64,000 nt of DNA from positions 24,269-88,268 of the forward strand of contig CAURWV010000003.1 of assembly GCA_963528915.1 (NCBI GenBank), in the 5' to 3' direction. The notes under the pieces were generated by a model. It worked only from the letters and a program-made list of their open reading frames with translations. It had not been told where the DNA came from and made no database searches. The stretch is from an uncultured Candidatus Saccharibacteria bacterium (GTDB taxonomy: Bacteria > Patescibacteriota > Saccharimonadia > Saccharimonadales > Saccharimonadaceae). Made by a program: the position numbers and the translations under genes. This document shows, piece after piece, positions 8,207 through 17,412 of the stretch; position 1 is the stretch's first letter; each line of letters begins with the position of its first letter.

Positions 8207-10059
8207 TGGCGCATAAGAAAAAAGCTGATCCGATAGATATCGCCGCGCAACAACGCGAACGCGAACAAGCCGAAGTAGAGCAGGCATTCTTGAAGGGTAT
8301 GAATACGCTGCGTGATTTGATAGCGCCAAGCAGTCTAGAAATCCACTCAAGCTATTTCCGTATCGGTACTAAATACGGCAGAACTATATATGTCTACGGT
8401 TATCCGCGACTACTATATACCGGCTGGTTATCAGGAGTTATTAATATTGATCAAGTCATCGATATTAGCATGTTTATTTATCCTGTAGATACCGCCGTTG
8501 TTTTAAAGAACTTGCGCAAAAAAGTGACTCAGCTTGAGGCTGATATGGCTCTTAATGCCGAAAAAGGTAAGACTCGCGACCCGGGTAAAGAAGCAGCCCT
8601 AGCTGACGCCGAGGAGTTACGTAATGAATTACAAGTAGGTTCGGAACGTTTCTTTCGTTACGGATTGTATGTAACTATTTACGGCGACAGTCTTGAAGAG
8701 CTGGGCTATATACAGCACACTATCGAAACAATTTTTGGACAAATGTTGATTTATAGTAAAACCGCTTCTAGCCAACAAGAACAAGGTTTAAACAGTACAG
8801 TACCACAAATGAGCGATCAATTACAGATTCGCCGTAATATGAATACTGGAGCAATTAGTACTAGCTTTCCATTTACAAGCGCTGATTTAACTCAAGAAAA
8901 CGGTATTCTATACGGCATTAATATGCACAACAACGGCCTAGTTATCTTTGACCGTTTTACTCTAGAAAATGCCAATATGGTAGTCTTCGCGAAATCTGGT
9001 GCTGGTAAATCATTCACTGTCAAATTAGAAGCCTTACGTAGTATGATGATGGGCGCTGATATCCTAATAATAGACCCAGAAAACGAATATCAAAAGTTGT
9101 GCGATGCTGTCGGCGGCAGTTATACGCGGCTAAGTTTAAGTAGTGATACACGTATTAATCCGTTCGATTTGCCAAAAATAATTGACGGCGACGAAGCAGA
9201 TGACGCTCTGCGCGCTAATCTAGTAACATTACACGGATTACTGCGGCTAATGCTAGGTGGTGCTTCAGCAAATAATGCTGGCATCGGCTTGTCGCCAGCC
9301 GAAGAGGCTGACCTAGATCAGGGATTAATTGACACTTATGCTCGCGTTGGTATTACTAGCGACCCGCTTACGCATACTTCTGTACCACCGACAATGGGTG
9401 ATTTATATGATACGTTATTACACATGGGCGGTACCGGCCCACAGCTAGCGCAGCGCTTACGTAAATATACTACTGGTACTTTTGCTGGTATTTTCAGTCA
9501 GCAAAGCAACATAGATATCAATAATAATATGGTGGTATTCAATATTCGCGATCTCGAAGATGAATTGCGACCAGTGGCAATGTATATCGTCCTTAGCCAC
9601 ATCTGGAATATTGTCCGTACCCAACAGAAAAAACGTATGTTGATCGTCGACGAAGCCTGGCAGCTGATGAAATATGACGATTCAGCGAACTTCATGTTCA
9701 GCCTGGCCAAGCGCGCCCGCAAATATTATTTAGGCTTGACGACTATCACTCAGGACGTCGAAGACTTTATGGGTAGCAAAATGGGCCGCGCTATTGTTTC
9801 GAACTCATCGATGCAGCTACTGCTGAAACAATCATCTAGCGCTGTCGATGTGCTAGGCGATGTGTTTAAATTAACCGAAGAAGAGCGCAAGCGTTTAGCT
9901 AATTTCCCGGTCGGACAAGGCTTATTTTTCGCTGGACAGAACCACGTTCACATCCAAGTCATCGCCAGCGATACCGAGACTGGTTTGATTACTACTAATC
10001 CACAAGCTACCTTACAACAGGCTGCAGCTGCTGCGTCGTCAGAAGGGCAGACACAATAG
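8206..10059 (+). CDS. virB4: T4SS ATPase VirB4 (PrgJ/TraE/TrbE family)
   Basis: Walker A AKSGAGKSF, Walker B MLIVDEAW. Typical VirB4 N-region (GYPRLLYTGWLSGVINID) and C-terminal motifs (TTITQDVEDF, LLLKQ). GTG start at 8206 with RBS AGAGGAG at 8192-8198. Confidence 0.9.
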   Translation: MAHKKKADPIDIAAQQREREQAEVEQAFLKGMNTLRDLIAPSSLEIHSSYFRIGTKYGRTIYVYGYPRLLYTGWLSGVINIDQVIDISMFIYPVDTAVVLKNLRKKVTQLEADMALNAEKGKTRDPGKEAALADAEELRNELQVGSERFFRYGLYVTIYGDSLEELGYIQHTIETIFGQMLIYSKTASSQQEQGLNSTVPQMSDQLQIRRNMNTGAISTSFPFTSADLTQENGILYGINMHNNGLVIFDRFTLENANMVVFAKSGAGKSFTVKLEALRSMMMGADILIIDPENEYQKLCDAVGGSYTRLSLSSDTRINPFDLPKIIDGDEADDALRANLVTLHGLLRLMLGGASANNAGIGLSPAEEADLDQGLIDTYARVGITSDPLTHTSVPPTMGDLYDTLLHMGGTGPQLAQRLRKYTTGTFAGIFSQQSNIDINNNMVVFNIRDLEDELRPVAMYIVLSHIWNIVRTQQKKRMLIVDEAWQLMKYDDSANFMFSLAKRARKYYLGLTTITQDVEDFMGSKMGRAIVSNSSMQLLLKQSSSAVDVLGDVFKLTEEERKRLANFPVGQGLFFAGQNHVHIQVIASDTETGLITTNPQATLQQAAAAASSEGQTQ

Positions 10060-10082
10060 CTTAAAAAGGTTATAATAAACTC

Positions 10083-12941
10083 ATGCCACTGGGTACATCA
10101 AAGAAATCAAACACTGATTACGACGACAACGTCGACAATCTTGACGCCCATAAACAAGAAGTTCAATCGCCAAGCCAGGCGCATTGGGATAATACTGTCG
10201 GTCAAAACCTATCAGGCATGGAAAATAGGAAAAAAAATACCTATAACGATGAAAACTACTCTGATAGCAATGCTGCTAGCGATATAGGCGATCAAGAAAA
10301 TCAATCTAGACAACCTGGATCAGATTGGACAAATAACACATCCAAGAAACGCGACAAAGAAAAAAAAGGTAGAAAAGGTTTTGTTAAACGTTTCGGTGCT
10401 ACTGGCGCTGTTCTTGGCTTATTAACTGGCGGCGTACTTGGCATTGGCGGATCGACAGGCGTCATGGGTTCTTTGCTAATATCTGTAAAAGAACAGGTAA
10501 TGACAGTTCTTGATCAGCAACATTATACTTCTATGTCGCGATCAAATCGTATATTAGTACGGCGTCTAGCTGATGAATCTACAGCAGGGTCATGTACTCT
10601 TATCAAGTTCGCCTGTCGATACACTAAACCAACAAGTTATCAGCTCAAGCAACTAGAGAAATCCGGCATTAAAGCACTCGATAAAGATGGCAATGTTATC
10701 GAAGAGAATAAGCTAATTGGCGGCACCAGGCCAACTCATTACGAAATCGACGGAGAAAAAATATCAGCGAAAGACTTTAAAAAAACAATCAGAGAAAATC
10801 CTAAGGTTCGCAGCGCTTTTCGCCGCGCTCACAATCCGCGCTGGGTTAACTGGGTCGACGATAAAGCAGTTAAGCTATTCGAAAAACTTGGTATCGGTAA
10901 ACGACTATCCGAAAAACTCAGAAAGTCTAAACGTTCTAAGAATGATCTAGCCGAAGTAACCGACGAGTTATCAAAAGCTGAAAACAAATCCGGCGACAAA
11001 ATCAAAAAAGAGATAGCTGATGAAGCCGGGAAATTCGCCGAAAAAGAAGCGAAAAAATCTACCAAAAAGACTCATGACGCCAAGCTAATGATGGCACAAG
11101 TGGTATGTGCTGCTGCACGAGCCCCAAATGTTCTTGTTAATATACAACGTAGCTATCGTATTGCACAATATGCTAAAATTGGCTATCAATTTCTGACTGT
11201 GGCTGACGCTATCAAAAAAGGTAAAGCCACGCCAAAATTAGTCGAAAACGCCGCAACTATCCTGACTCAAACCTACAAAAAATCCGACGGCACTATCAAA
11301 AAATCAGCTATGGACTCTAGTTTGATGAAATATAGTTTAGGCTTGGGTGTATCTGGTAATAAATCATCATACATACCAGGCGTCGGCGGCACTATGGCTA
11401 AGTATTTACAAATCGTCAATAGCGGCGCTGTCAAGACCGGTTGCGATTTGGTTAGCTCGACAGCCGCAGAAGTCGCAGTCGCCGTATTTGACGGTATCAA
11501 AAATGGATTGGGACCTATAGGCTGGGCGTGGACAGCTGGTGAATTCGCTATTGAGGGCATTCTATCTATCGACAGTGTGCAAAAAAAGATCAGCGAAGGG
11601 ATAGGCGATATTGTACAAACCGCTGTCGACAAATTCGGAAGTCTAGTTGATTTTAATAAAATCGCTGAGTATTTCCTTGGCGACAAAACCAAAGGAGCGA
11701 TTGGCACTGATATTGGTGATATAAGCGGTATTGCCTGGTCAAATAGTATGGCTGACCAAGCCAGCTACGTTGGGAATTCACCACTCACCCTACCGCAAAA
11801 AGCCGCCTACGACGAACATATCGTCAAACCGGAACGCGTAGCTATGGCCGAAGAAGATCGCTTAAATCACAGCCCGTTTGATATATCTAGTCCGAACACA
11901 TTTCTAGGCTCTATAGCTATACGATTCTTACCATATTTAGGTTCGGTCTCAAATCCTTTATCATTCATCTCTGCGATTTCATCAATCTCTAGTTCATCCT
12001 TATTCAATTTCACTAGCCCAGCAGCTTACGCCAAAAACGTCATTAACTCTAACAAATGCAGTCAAGATGCACTGCTAGCAGCTGAATCTGACATAGCCGT
12101 CGGACCAGCCTGCGATGTGCAATATGGCATACCAAATGAATACATGGGTATCGAGCCTGACCAAGTAGCTAGCGAGCTGAATTCAATGGGGCAAATAGAC
12201 GAAGATGGCAACATCGTAGATGGTAGTGAATTAAAAGAATGGACAGAAACCTGTAATGTGGCCAGCAGTATAAATATCAAAGGATGTGTCGTTAATGAGA
12301 GAAAATACGCATTGTTTGGTCTATACCAGATTGACAAACGGGCGATAGACGATATGGACGAGGATCCCGACGCATTCAAAAATGGATCGCTAACCCAAGA
12401 ACAACAATCAGAAGAAGAGAATTCATCTGGCGCTAGTTCGGCTATTGGCGAGCCAGAATTTGAGCAAGCCCAACCATTATCAGAAGCAGAATCAAGAGGC
12501 GATCCAGATAACCCAACGTGGCCAGGCAAAGAGAATGGCAAAATCGCCGACTCTGATCTAGCAGAATTATCCTTTGCTCCTGGACAAAGGATGTATAAAC
12601 AAGCAGCAGAAGCTATGGAAGAAATGAATAAAGCCTACAAAGCAGAAAAGGGTGCAGACTTCCAAGTAAATTCAGCTTACCGCTCCTTCGAAGAACAAGA
12701 AAAACTATTCTCAAGCGGCCAAACTGCAGCTAGAGGCGGTAGATCAAACCATGGTTGGGGGTTAGCTATCGATATCCAGGTAGGCGACTTTGGTTCAGAT
12801 ATTTATAATTGGCTTAAAGCGAACGCTCACAAATACGGCTTCGTACACCCGCCTTGGGCAGAGCCAGCACCTGCTCAACCTGACGGCAAAAGACACCAAC
12901 CCGAGCAATGGCATTGGGAATATGCTAGGAGAGTATACTAA
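10083..12941 (+). CDS. large membrane-anchored protein with a C-terminal M15 (VanY-type) zinc D-Ala-D-Ala carboxypeptidase/peptidoglycan hydrolase domain
   Basis: ~100-aa disordered N-terminus. One Gly-rich TM (GATGAVLGLLTGGVLGIGG). A ~650-aa domain of unknown family. The C-terminus carries SAYRSFEEQEKLF, SNHGWGLAIDI and EQWHWEY, matching the VanY/M15B SxYRS, SxHxxGxAxD and WH motifs. Confidence 0.8.
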   Translation: MPLGTSKKSNTDYDDNVDNLDAHKQEVQSPSQAHWDNTVGQNLSGMENRKKNTYNDENYSDSNAASDIGDQENQSRQPGSDWTNNTSKKRDKEKKGRKGFVKRFGATGAVLGLLTGGVLGIGGSTGVMGSLLISVKEQVMTVLDQQHYTSMSRSNRILVRRLADESTAGSCTLIKFACRYTKPTSYQLKQLEKSGIKALDKDGNVIEENKLIGGTRPTHYEIDGEKISAKDFKKTIRENPKVRSAFRRAHNPRWVNWVDDKAVKLFEKLGIGKRLSEKLRKSKRSKNDLAEVTDELSKAENKSGDKIKKEIADEAGKFAEKEAKKSTKKTHDAKLMMAQVVCAAARAPNVLVNIQRSYRIAQYAKIGYQFLTVADAIKKGKATPKLVENAATILTQTYKKSDGTIKKSAMDSSLMKYSLGLGVSGNKSSYIPGVGGTMAKYLQIVNSGAVKTGCDLVSSTAAEVAVAVFDGIKNGLGPIGWAWTAGEFAIEGILSIDSVQKKISEGIGDIVQTAVDKFGSLVDFNKIAEYFLGDKTKGAIGTDIGDISGIAWSNSMADQASYVGNSPLTLPQKAAYDEHIVKPERVAMAEEDRLNHSPFDISSPNTFLGSIAIRFLPYLGSVSNPLSFISAISSISSSSLFNFTSPAAYAKNVINSNKCSQDALLAAESDIAVGPACDVQYGIPNEYMGIEPDQVASELNSMGQIDEDGNIVDGSELKEWTETCNVASSINIKGCVVNERKYALFGLYQIDKRAIDDMDEDPDAFKNGSLTQEQQSEEENSSGASSAIGEPEFEQAQPLSEAESRGDPDNPTWPGKENGKIADSDLAELSFAPGQRMYKQAAEAMEEMNKAYKAEKGADFQVNSAYRSFEEQEKLFSSGQTAARGGRSNHGWGLAIDIQVGDFGSDIYNWLKANAHKYGFVHPPWAEPAPAQPDGKRHQPEQWHWEYARRVY

Positions 12942-14071
12942 TGAAGAAAAACTACTTATTGCTGTTTGTGACGGTAATAACCGCATTGTTTACTACTCCC
13001 AGAGCCTACGCTCTAGAAATACCAGATGCCAACAACGATATACTTTTCTATTCAGAAAAAGCGGCTAGTGGCTGTAGTAATGCTACCGGTGAACTAGTAG
13101 GTAACGATAATCTCGAGAAAATATACAACTATTTCATATCGCAAGGATTGTCTCCAGAGCAAGCTGCCGGTGTAGTCGGTAATATAGCGCAAGAATCAAA
13201 AGGCGACCCGACAATAGTTGAAGGAGGTAATCACACTGAAGACCCATCTGGTGTTAGTGGTGGATGGGGAATTATCCAGTGGACTCCAGGGTCAAAAGTT
13301 CTCGGTATCGCTAAGCAGGCTGGTATTACTGGTGACATATCGAAACTCGAAACTCAACTCCAAGTCGTCTGGTGGCATATGACCACACAGACACCGACTG
13401 GCGTTGCTAACTTCATCGAACAATACAAAACAGTCACTGATGTCAGAGCAGCTACCGACTTGTATGAGAAAAAAATGGAAGCCGCCGGCATACCTAACAT
13501 GGCGAACCGCTACGCTGCCGCCGAGCTAGCCCTCAGCACATATGGTAAGGGGTCGTCTACCACCACATCGTCTGGGAAAAATTGCGGTGGTGGCGCGGTA
13601 GCTGGCAGTGCCATCGAGACAGCCAAAAACTATGCCTGGCCAACATACGAAAGAGGTAAGACTGAGAAAAAACCCGAATACGAAACTGCTATTCAAAAAA
13701 CAAAATCAGAAGGCGGATTCGTCGGCGATAGTTGTTTCGGCGGCGGAGTCGATTGCGGCGCCTTCGTCACTCGCGTCATGCAGGATAGTGGTGCTGACCC
13801 AGAATACAACCCCGAAAAAGGCAACACTAGCGCACAGCTGAACTATGCTATGAATAGTCCAAAATACGAAAAAGTCGACCCTGGCGACGTTAAACCTGGC
13901 GATATTGCAATTCGCTCTGGACACACCTATCTATACATCGGTGAGGTTGAAGGTTTCGAAACACAGGTGGCATCTGCATCACAATGTGAACATGCGCCAA
14001 TGTCAGCACATGAAGGTGTTGGCGACCCGTCATACTCTTGGTTTAGACTAAAGGGAGGTTCCAAAGAATGA
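12941..14071 (+). CDS. secreted bifunctional cell-wall hydrolase: lysozyme-like (phage tail-tip lysozyme type) N-domain plus NlpC/P60- or CHAP-like cysteine peptidase C-domain
   Basis: Signal peptide ending PRAYA/LE. LSPEQAAGVVGNIAQESKGDP...GWGIIQWTPGSK matches the tail-tip-lysozyme family pattern. The C-domain has DCGAFVTRVM (catalytic Cys context) and GDIAIRSGHTYLYIG (His context). Its ATG shares one nt with the upstream TAA stop (12939-12941). Confidence 0.78.
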   Translation: MKKNYLLLFVTVITALFTTPRAYALEIPDANNDILFYSEKAASGCSNATGELVGNDNLEKIYNYFISQGLSPEQAAGVVGNIAQESKGDPTIVEGGNHTEDPSGVSGGWGIIQWTPGSKVLGIAKQAGITGDISKLETQLQVVWWHMTTQTPTGVANFIEQYKTVTDVRAATDLYEKKMEAAGIPNMANRYAAAELALSTYGKGSSTTTSSGKNCGGGAVAGSAIETAKNYAWPTYERGKTEKKPEYETAIQKTKSEGGFVGDSCFGGGVDCGAFVTRVMQDSGADPEYNPEKGNTSAQLNYAMNSPKYEKVDPGDVKPGDIAIRSGHTYLYIGEVEGFETQVASASQCEHAPMSAHEGVGDPSYSWFRLKGGSKE

Positions 14072-14700
14072 ATTACGAAAAAAGGAGATTAATTATCATT
14101 ATTGCAGCAGCAGTGTTTGTTGTCGCTATACCGGTAATATTATACATAATACAGCTAATAAACAATGCCGATAAAGTTCGTATTACTATCACTACTTCGC
14201 CGACCGACGCCAAAGTTTACATTGATGGTAAAGAGACTAGCCACGATCTATACGTAACGCCGGGCAAGCACGCTGTCTCAGCTAAAAAAGATGGTTTCAA
14301 GGATGCTGAAACTTACCAATATTTTTCGAAAGACAGTGATAGTACTACTTTAGTATTATCACCTAATTCCGAAAAGGCTAGAAAATGGGCGAAAAACCAT
14401 TCATCAGAAATACAACGTGCCTACGACATAGCAGCTAACCAACGCGGTAAAGCGATGCGCGAACAATACAAAATTATGAACATCTTGCCACACACTGACA
14501 TATCAGGCCCGTATAAAATTAGCTATTCCTACTATGGCCGCGACTATACCGATATAAAAGTTTATATATCGTATTCCACACCATCCGGGCGCAAGGCTGC
14601 TCTAGCTTGGCTAAAAAGTAAAGGTTATGATCCAACTACGCTCAACATAGCAATCAGAAGTTACGTTAATCCACTGACGGGGAAAGTCTATGACAACTAA
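14068..14700 (+). CDS. bitopic membrane protein with an extracytoplasmic PEGA domain
   Basis: N-terminal TM (LIIIIAAAVFVVAIPVILYII). Then ITITTSPTDAKVYIDGKETSHDLYVTPGKHAVSAKKDGFKDAE, which matches the PEGA pattern. ATGA overlap with the upstream gene. Confidence 0.6.
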   Translation: MNYEKRRLIIIIAAAVFVVAIPVILYIIQLINNADKVRITITTSPTDAKVYIDGKETSHDLYVTPGKHAVSAKKDGFKDAETYQYFSKDSDSTTLVLSPNSEKARKWAKNHSSEIQRAYDIAANQRGKAMREQYKIMNILPHTDISGPYKISYSYYGRDYTDIKVYISYSTPSGRKAALAWLKSKGYDPTTLNIAIRSYVNPLTGKVYDN

Positions 14701-15310
14701 ACGTATTTTATCAATTATTTCAATAATTGTTGTTTCGATTATACTGATTATAATTATAAACTTTGTTTCTTCGCATTCGCTAGTGCAAGTTAATTTCGAA
14801 AACACTTCTAGTGTTGTCGCCTACAGCGATAAAGATAGGAATAATAAAATTGCCGTTTCACGATCTGGCGATCGAGTATGGCTTGCCAAAGATATCAAAT
14901 ACTCTATAGAGTACAAGGGTAGTAACGGCTACGCAAACGGAAATATAACTGCACAGCACCCATTTGATACAATCTCAATTAAACCAGATTACTCGGCCGA
15001 GAAGTATAAGTCGCTTATGTCGGCAGCACTGCCCGACATCAACTCCTTAATTCAAGATAAATATCCGAAAGCTAAAGAATCATACGCTATCCAGCCTAAA
15101 GCTATGCGCGATTTCGGCAAATGGTTCTTAATTGCACTCAAATACACCAAAGAATATAGTACCAAATCCGACACACTATATATTCTTGCTACAAAAGACA
15201 ACTCAAAATGGACACTCAAAACAAACGCTGAGGTATTTTTCCGCTCAAACGATTACCGATCAATTAATACCGAAATATTGTCGTGGGCTAATGAGCAAAT
15301 TATTAAATAG
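14690..15310 (+). CDS. bitopic membrane protein, unknown function (possible VirB8/TcpC-like scaffold)
   Basis: N-terminal TM (ILSIISIIVVSIILIIIINFV) followed by a ~170-aa alpha+beta extracytoplasmic domain. It overlaps the upstream gene by 11 nt and is the last gene of the plus-strand cluster. Confidence 0.5.
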   Translation: MTTKRILSIISIIVVSIILIIIINFVSSHSLVQVNFENTSSVVAYSDKDRNNKIAVSRSGDRVWLAKDIKYSIEYKGSNGYANGNITAQHPFDTISIKPDYSAEKYKSLMSAALPDINSLIQDKYPKAKESYAIQPKAMRDFGKWFLIALKYTKEYSTKSDTLYILATKDNSKWTLKTNAEVFFRSNDYRSINTEILSWANEQIIK

Positions 15311-16310
15311 CTAAACGATTAGCGCTAGTCATCACAATCTGATTATCAACAAATTCGCTCAGCAGACAATCTTGGCGGTGTTGATCTAGTTCACCGAAGA
15401 CATCATCTAGTAGAATTAGTGGTTTTTTGCCAGTTTGTTGCTCAATATAAGATGCTTCAAGAAATTTTAATGACAGGACAATCGTTCGCGCCTCACCGCG
15501 AGAAGTAATTTTGGAAGCCGGATTACCGCCAAAATATATCGCCAAATCATGCCGGTGCGGACCAATACTAGTAGCGCCAATCGCCTTATCGTAGTTAGTT
15601 TTTTCTTCATATTCTCTGAGGAGTTTCTGAGCCGACACCTCGCTTTCGTGAGAATATTTCAGGCTAATTTTGTCATTTATAGAAGCGATTCTTCGATAGA
15701 TATCAGTTATTTTGCTATCAAAATCACGTATTACGGCTTGGCGTTTGTTGATAATTTTGGCACCATAATCACTCAATATCAGATTCCAAGAAAATAATTC
15801 ATCATCGCTTAGTAGCGGGTTCTTGAGTAATTTATTGCGCTGCAATAGGGCGCGATTATAGCAACTCAATTCGTGCGAGTACGATGAATCATATTGCTGG
15901 ATAAGTCCATCTATAAAATCTCGACGGCGCTGCGGCGAACCATTAATAATCCTTAGTGCATCCGGTTCGAACAATACAATTGGATATTTGAGAACATACG
16001 GCATGCGACCGTATTTCTTACCGCCAATAACGAATTGTTTTCGCTTAGAACTATATTGATTTTGATAAATCACATGATATTGCAGTTCATCAGTTACTAC
16101 ATCTATCTGATACATTTGTGCACCATAAGAACAAATTGATTCGTCGCTGCCACGAAACGATTTACCGCGCAAAGCAATATATAGCGCTTCAATTAACGAC
16201 GTTTTACCGCAACCGTTAGGGCCGGAGATTAAGGTCGTTCCCGGTTCTAAATCTAGCGTTTTGAGCGAATGAACGCGGATGTTTTGGACTGCTAGCCGCG
16301 ATATTTTCAT
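15303..16310 (-). CDS. recF: DNA replication and repair protein RecF
   Basis: N-terminal LAVQNIRVH...GPNGCGKTSLIEALY (Walker A). SMC-like signature and Walker B region (ILLDDVFGELD). Position after dnaN. Confidence 0.9.
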   Translation of the reverse strand: MKISRLAVQNIRVHSLKTLDLEPGTTLISGPNGCGKTSLIEALYIALRGKSFRGSDESICSYGAQMYQIDVVTDELQYHVIYQNQYSSKRKQFVIGGKKYGRMPYVLKYPIVLFEPDALRIINGSPQRRRDFIDGLIQQYDSSYSHELSCYNRALLQRNKLLKNPLLSDDELFSWNLILSDYGAKIINKRQAVIRDFDSKITDIYRRIASINDKISLKYSHESEVSAQKLLREYEEKTNYDKAIGATSIGPHRHDLAIYFGGNPASKITSRGEARTIVLSLKFLEASYIEQQTGKKPLILLDDVFGELDQHRQDCLLSEFVDNQIVMTSANRLAI

Positions 16311-16311
16311 A

Positions 16312-17412
16312 TCAGCTCTTCAACGGCATAATTATATGAGTATAGTCTGGATTATCGGCAGCAGGAGACAAGACGCATGGCGATAATTTACCACTGAAAC
16401 GGAAATCGACTCTATCGCTATCAATGACGCTTAGCGCATCGGTGATATAGCGAGAATTAAGCGTGATAACACCGCTATTAATCGTCTCGGCGTCAATCGA
16501 GCTAGTATTTTCGCCAAGTTCACTAGCAATAGAATGAATACTAATATTTTGCTTATCACTATCGACCGTTACTGTCACACTGCCGCCAGAACTGCGCGCA
16601 AACAAGCCGGCAATCTTAACGATCCGTGCAAAATCATCCATCTTGACGCGCGCTGACGTTTCAGAAGTCGCCGGAATAAGCTGTTGATATTTCGGGTAGC
16701 TGCCTTCGATCAGACGACTAGTTATTTCGGAATTATCTACCCGAAAACGCACTTGTTCGTCATCAAACAACACCTCGACTTGATCAGTGCTATCCGATAT
16801 TGTTCGTAACACCTCTTGCAAACTTGTTGTTGGTACAATTGCCGCGATCTCACTAGTTGTATCGAATAATCGACGCTGCGCTAGTCTATAACCATCAGTT
16901 CCCGCTAGATATAGTTTACCGTCATCCGTATGCCAATAAACACCCGTCAATACTGGGCGCGATGTATCATTGCTAGTAGTAATAATCGTCTGATTAGTCG
17001 CTTGCTTGAAGTCGGAAACGGCGATAGTATAAGCAACAGCCTGATTTTCATCAATCGATGGTAGTTCTGGAAATTCGCTGGCATCAGTTCCTGACATAAT
17101 TGATGAATAATTACCTGAAGTGATAGTCATTGATGCACCTTTACTAGCTATATCAACCGTACCACGCGGCAGACTAGCGATAAATTCACTAATCAGCTTC
17201 GCTGGTAGAGTCATCTCGCCCGGCTTAACGATCTTAGCGCCAATATAGCAGGTCGCAGCGATTTCTAGATTAGTAGTCGCTACTAATAGTCTGTTACCTT
17301 CTGTGCGCAATAATACATTACTAAGTATTGGTAGTCCAGCACGATTACTAGCTATGCGCCCAACGATAGTTAACGCGCGGGCGAAGTTTTCTTGAGTGAC
17401 AGATAGCTCCAT
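16312..17412 (-). CDS. dnaN: DNA polymerase III beta sliding clamp
   Basis: 366 aa. The N-terminus ELSVTQENFARAL...ILSNVLL...LLVATTNLEIA and three-domain length are typical of DnaN. Position immediately downstream of dnaA. Confidence 0.93.
   Translation of the reverse strand: MELSVTQENFARALTIVGRIASNRAGLPILSNVLLRTEGNRLLVATTNLEIAATCYIGAKIVKPGEMTLPAKLISEFIASLPRGTVDIASKGASMTITSGNYSSIMSGTDASEFPELPSIDENQAVAYTIAVSDFKQATNQTIITTSNDTSRPVLTGVYWHTDDGKLYLAGTDGYRLAQRRLFDTTSEIAAIVPTTSLQEVLRTISDSTDQVEVLFDDEQVRFRVDNSEITSRLIEGSYPKYQQLIPATSETSARVKMDDFARIVKIAGLFARSSGGSVTVTVDSDKQNISIHSIASELGENTSSIDAETINSGVITLNSRYITDALSVIDSDRVDFRFSGKLSPCVLSPAADNPDYTHIIMPLKS

Noticed and set aside
8003-12541. Sizeable antisense or nested ORFs: 8003-8350, 10717-10950, 10829-11065, 11273-11707 and 12062-12541. 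Similar cases are 60121-60591, 60721-61233 and 61799-62251
   Set aside because: All lie wholly within longer CDSs that have clear family motifs. They have biased, low-information composition and no start-context signals, which is typical of shadow ORFs.
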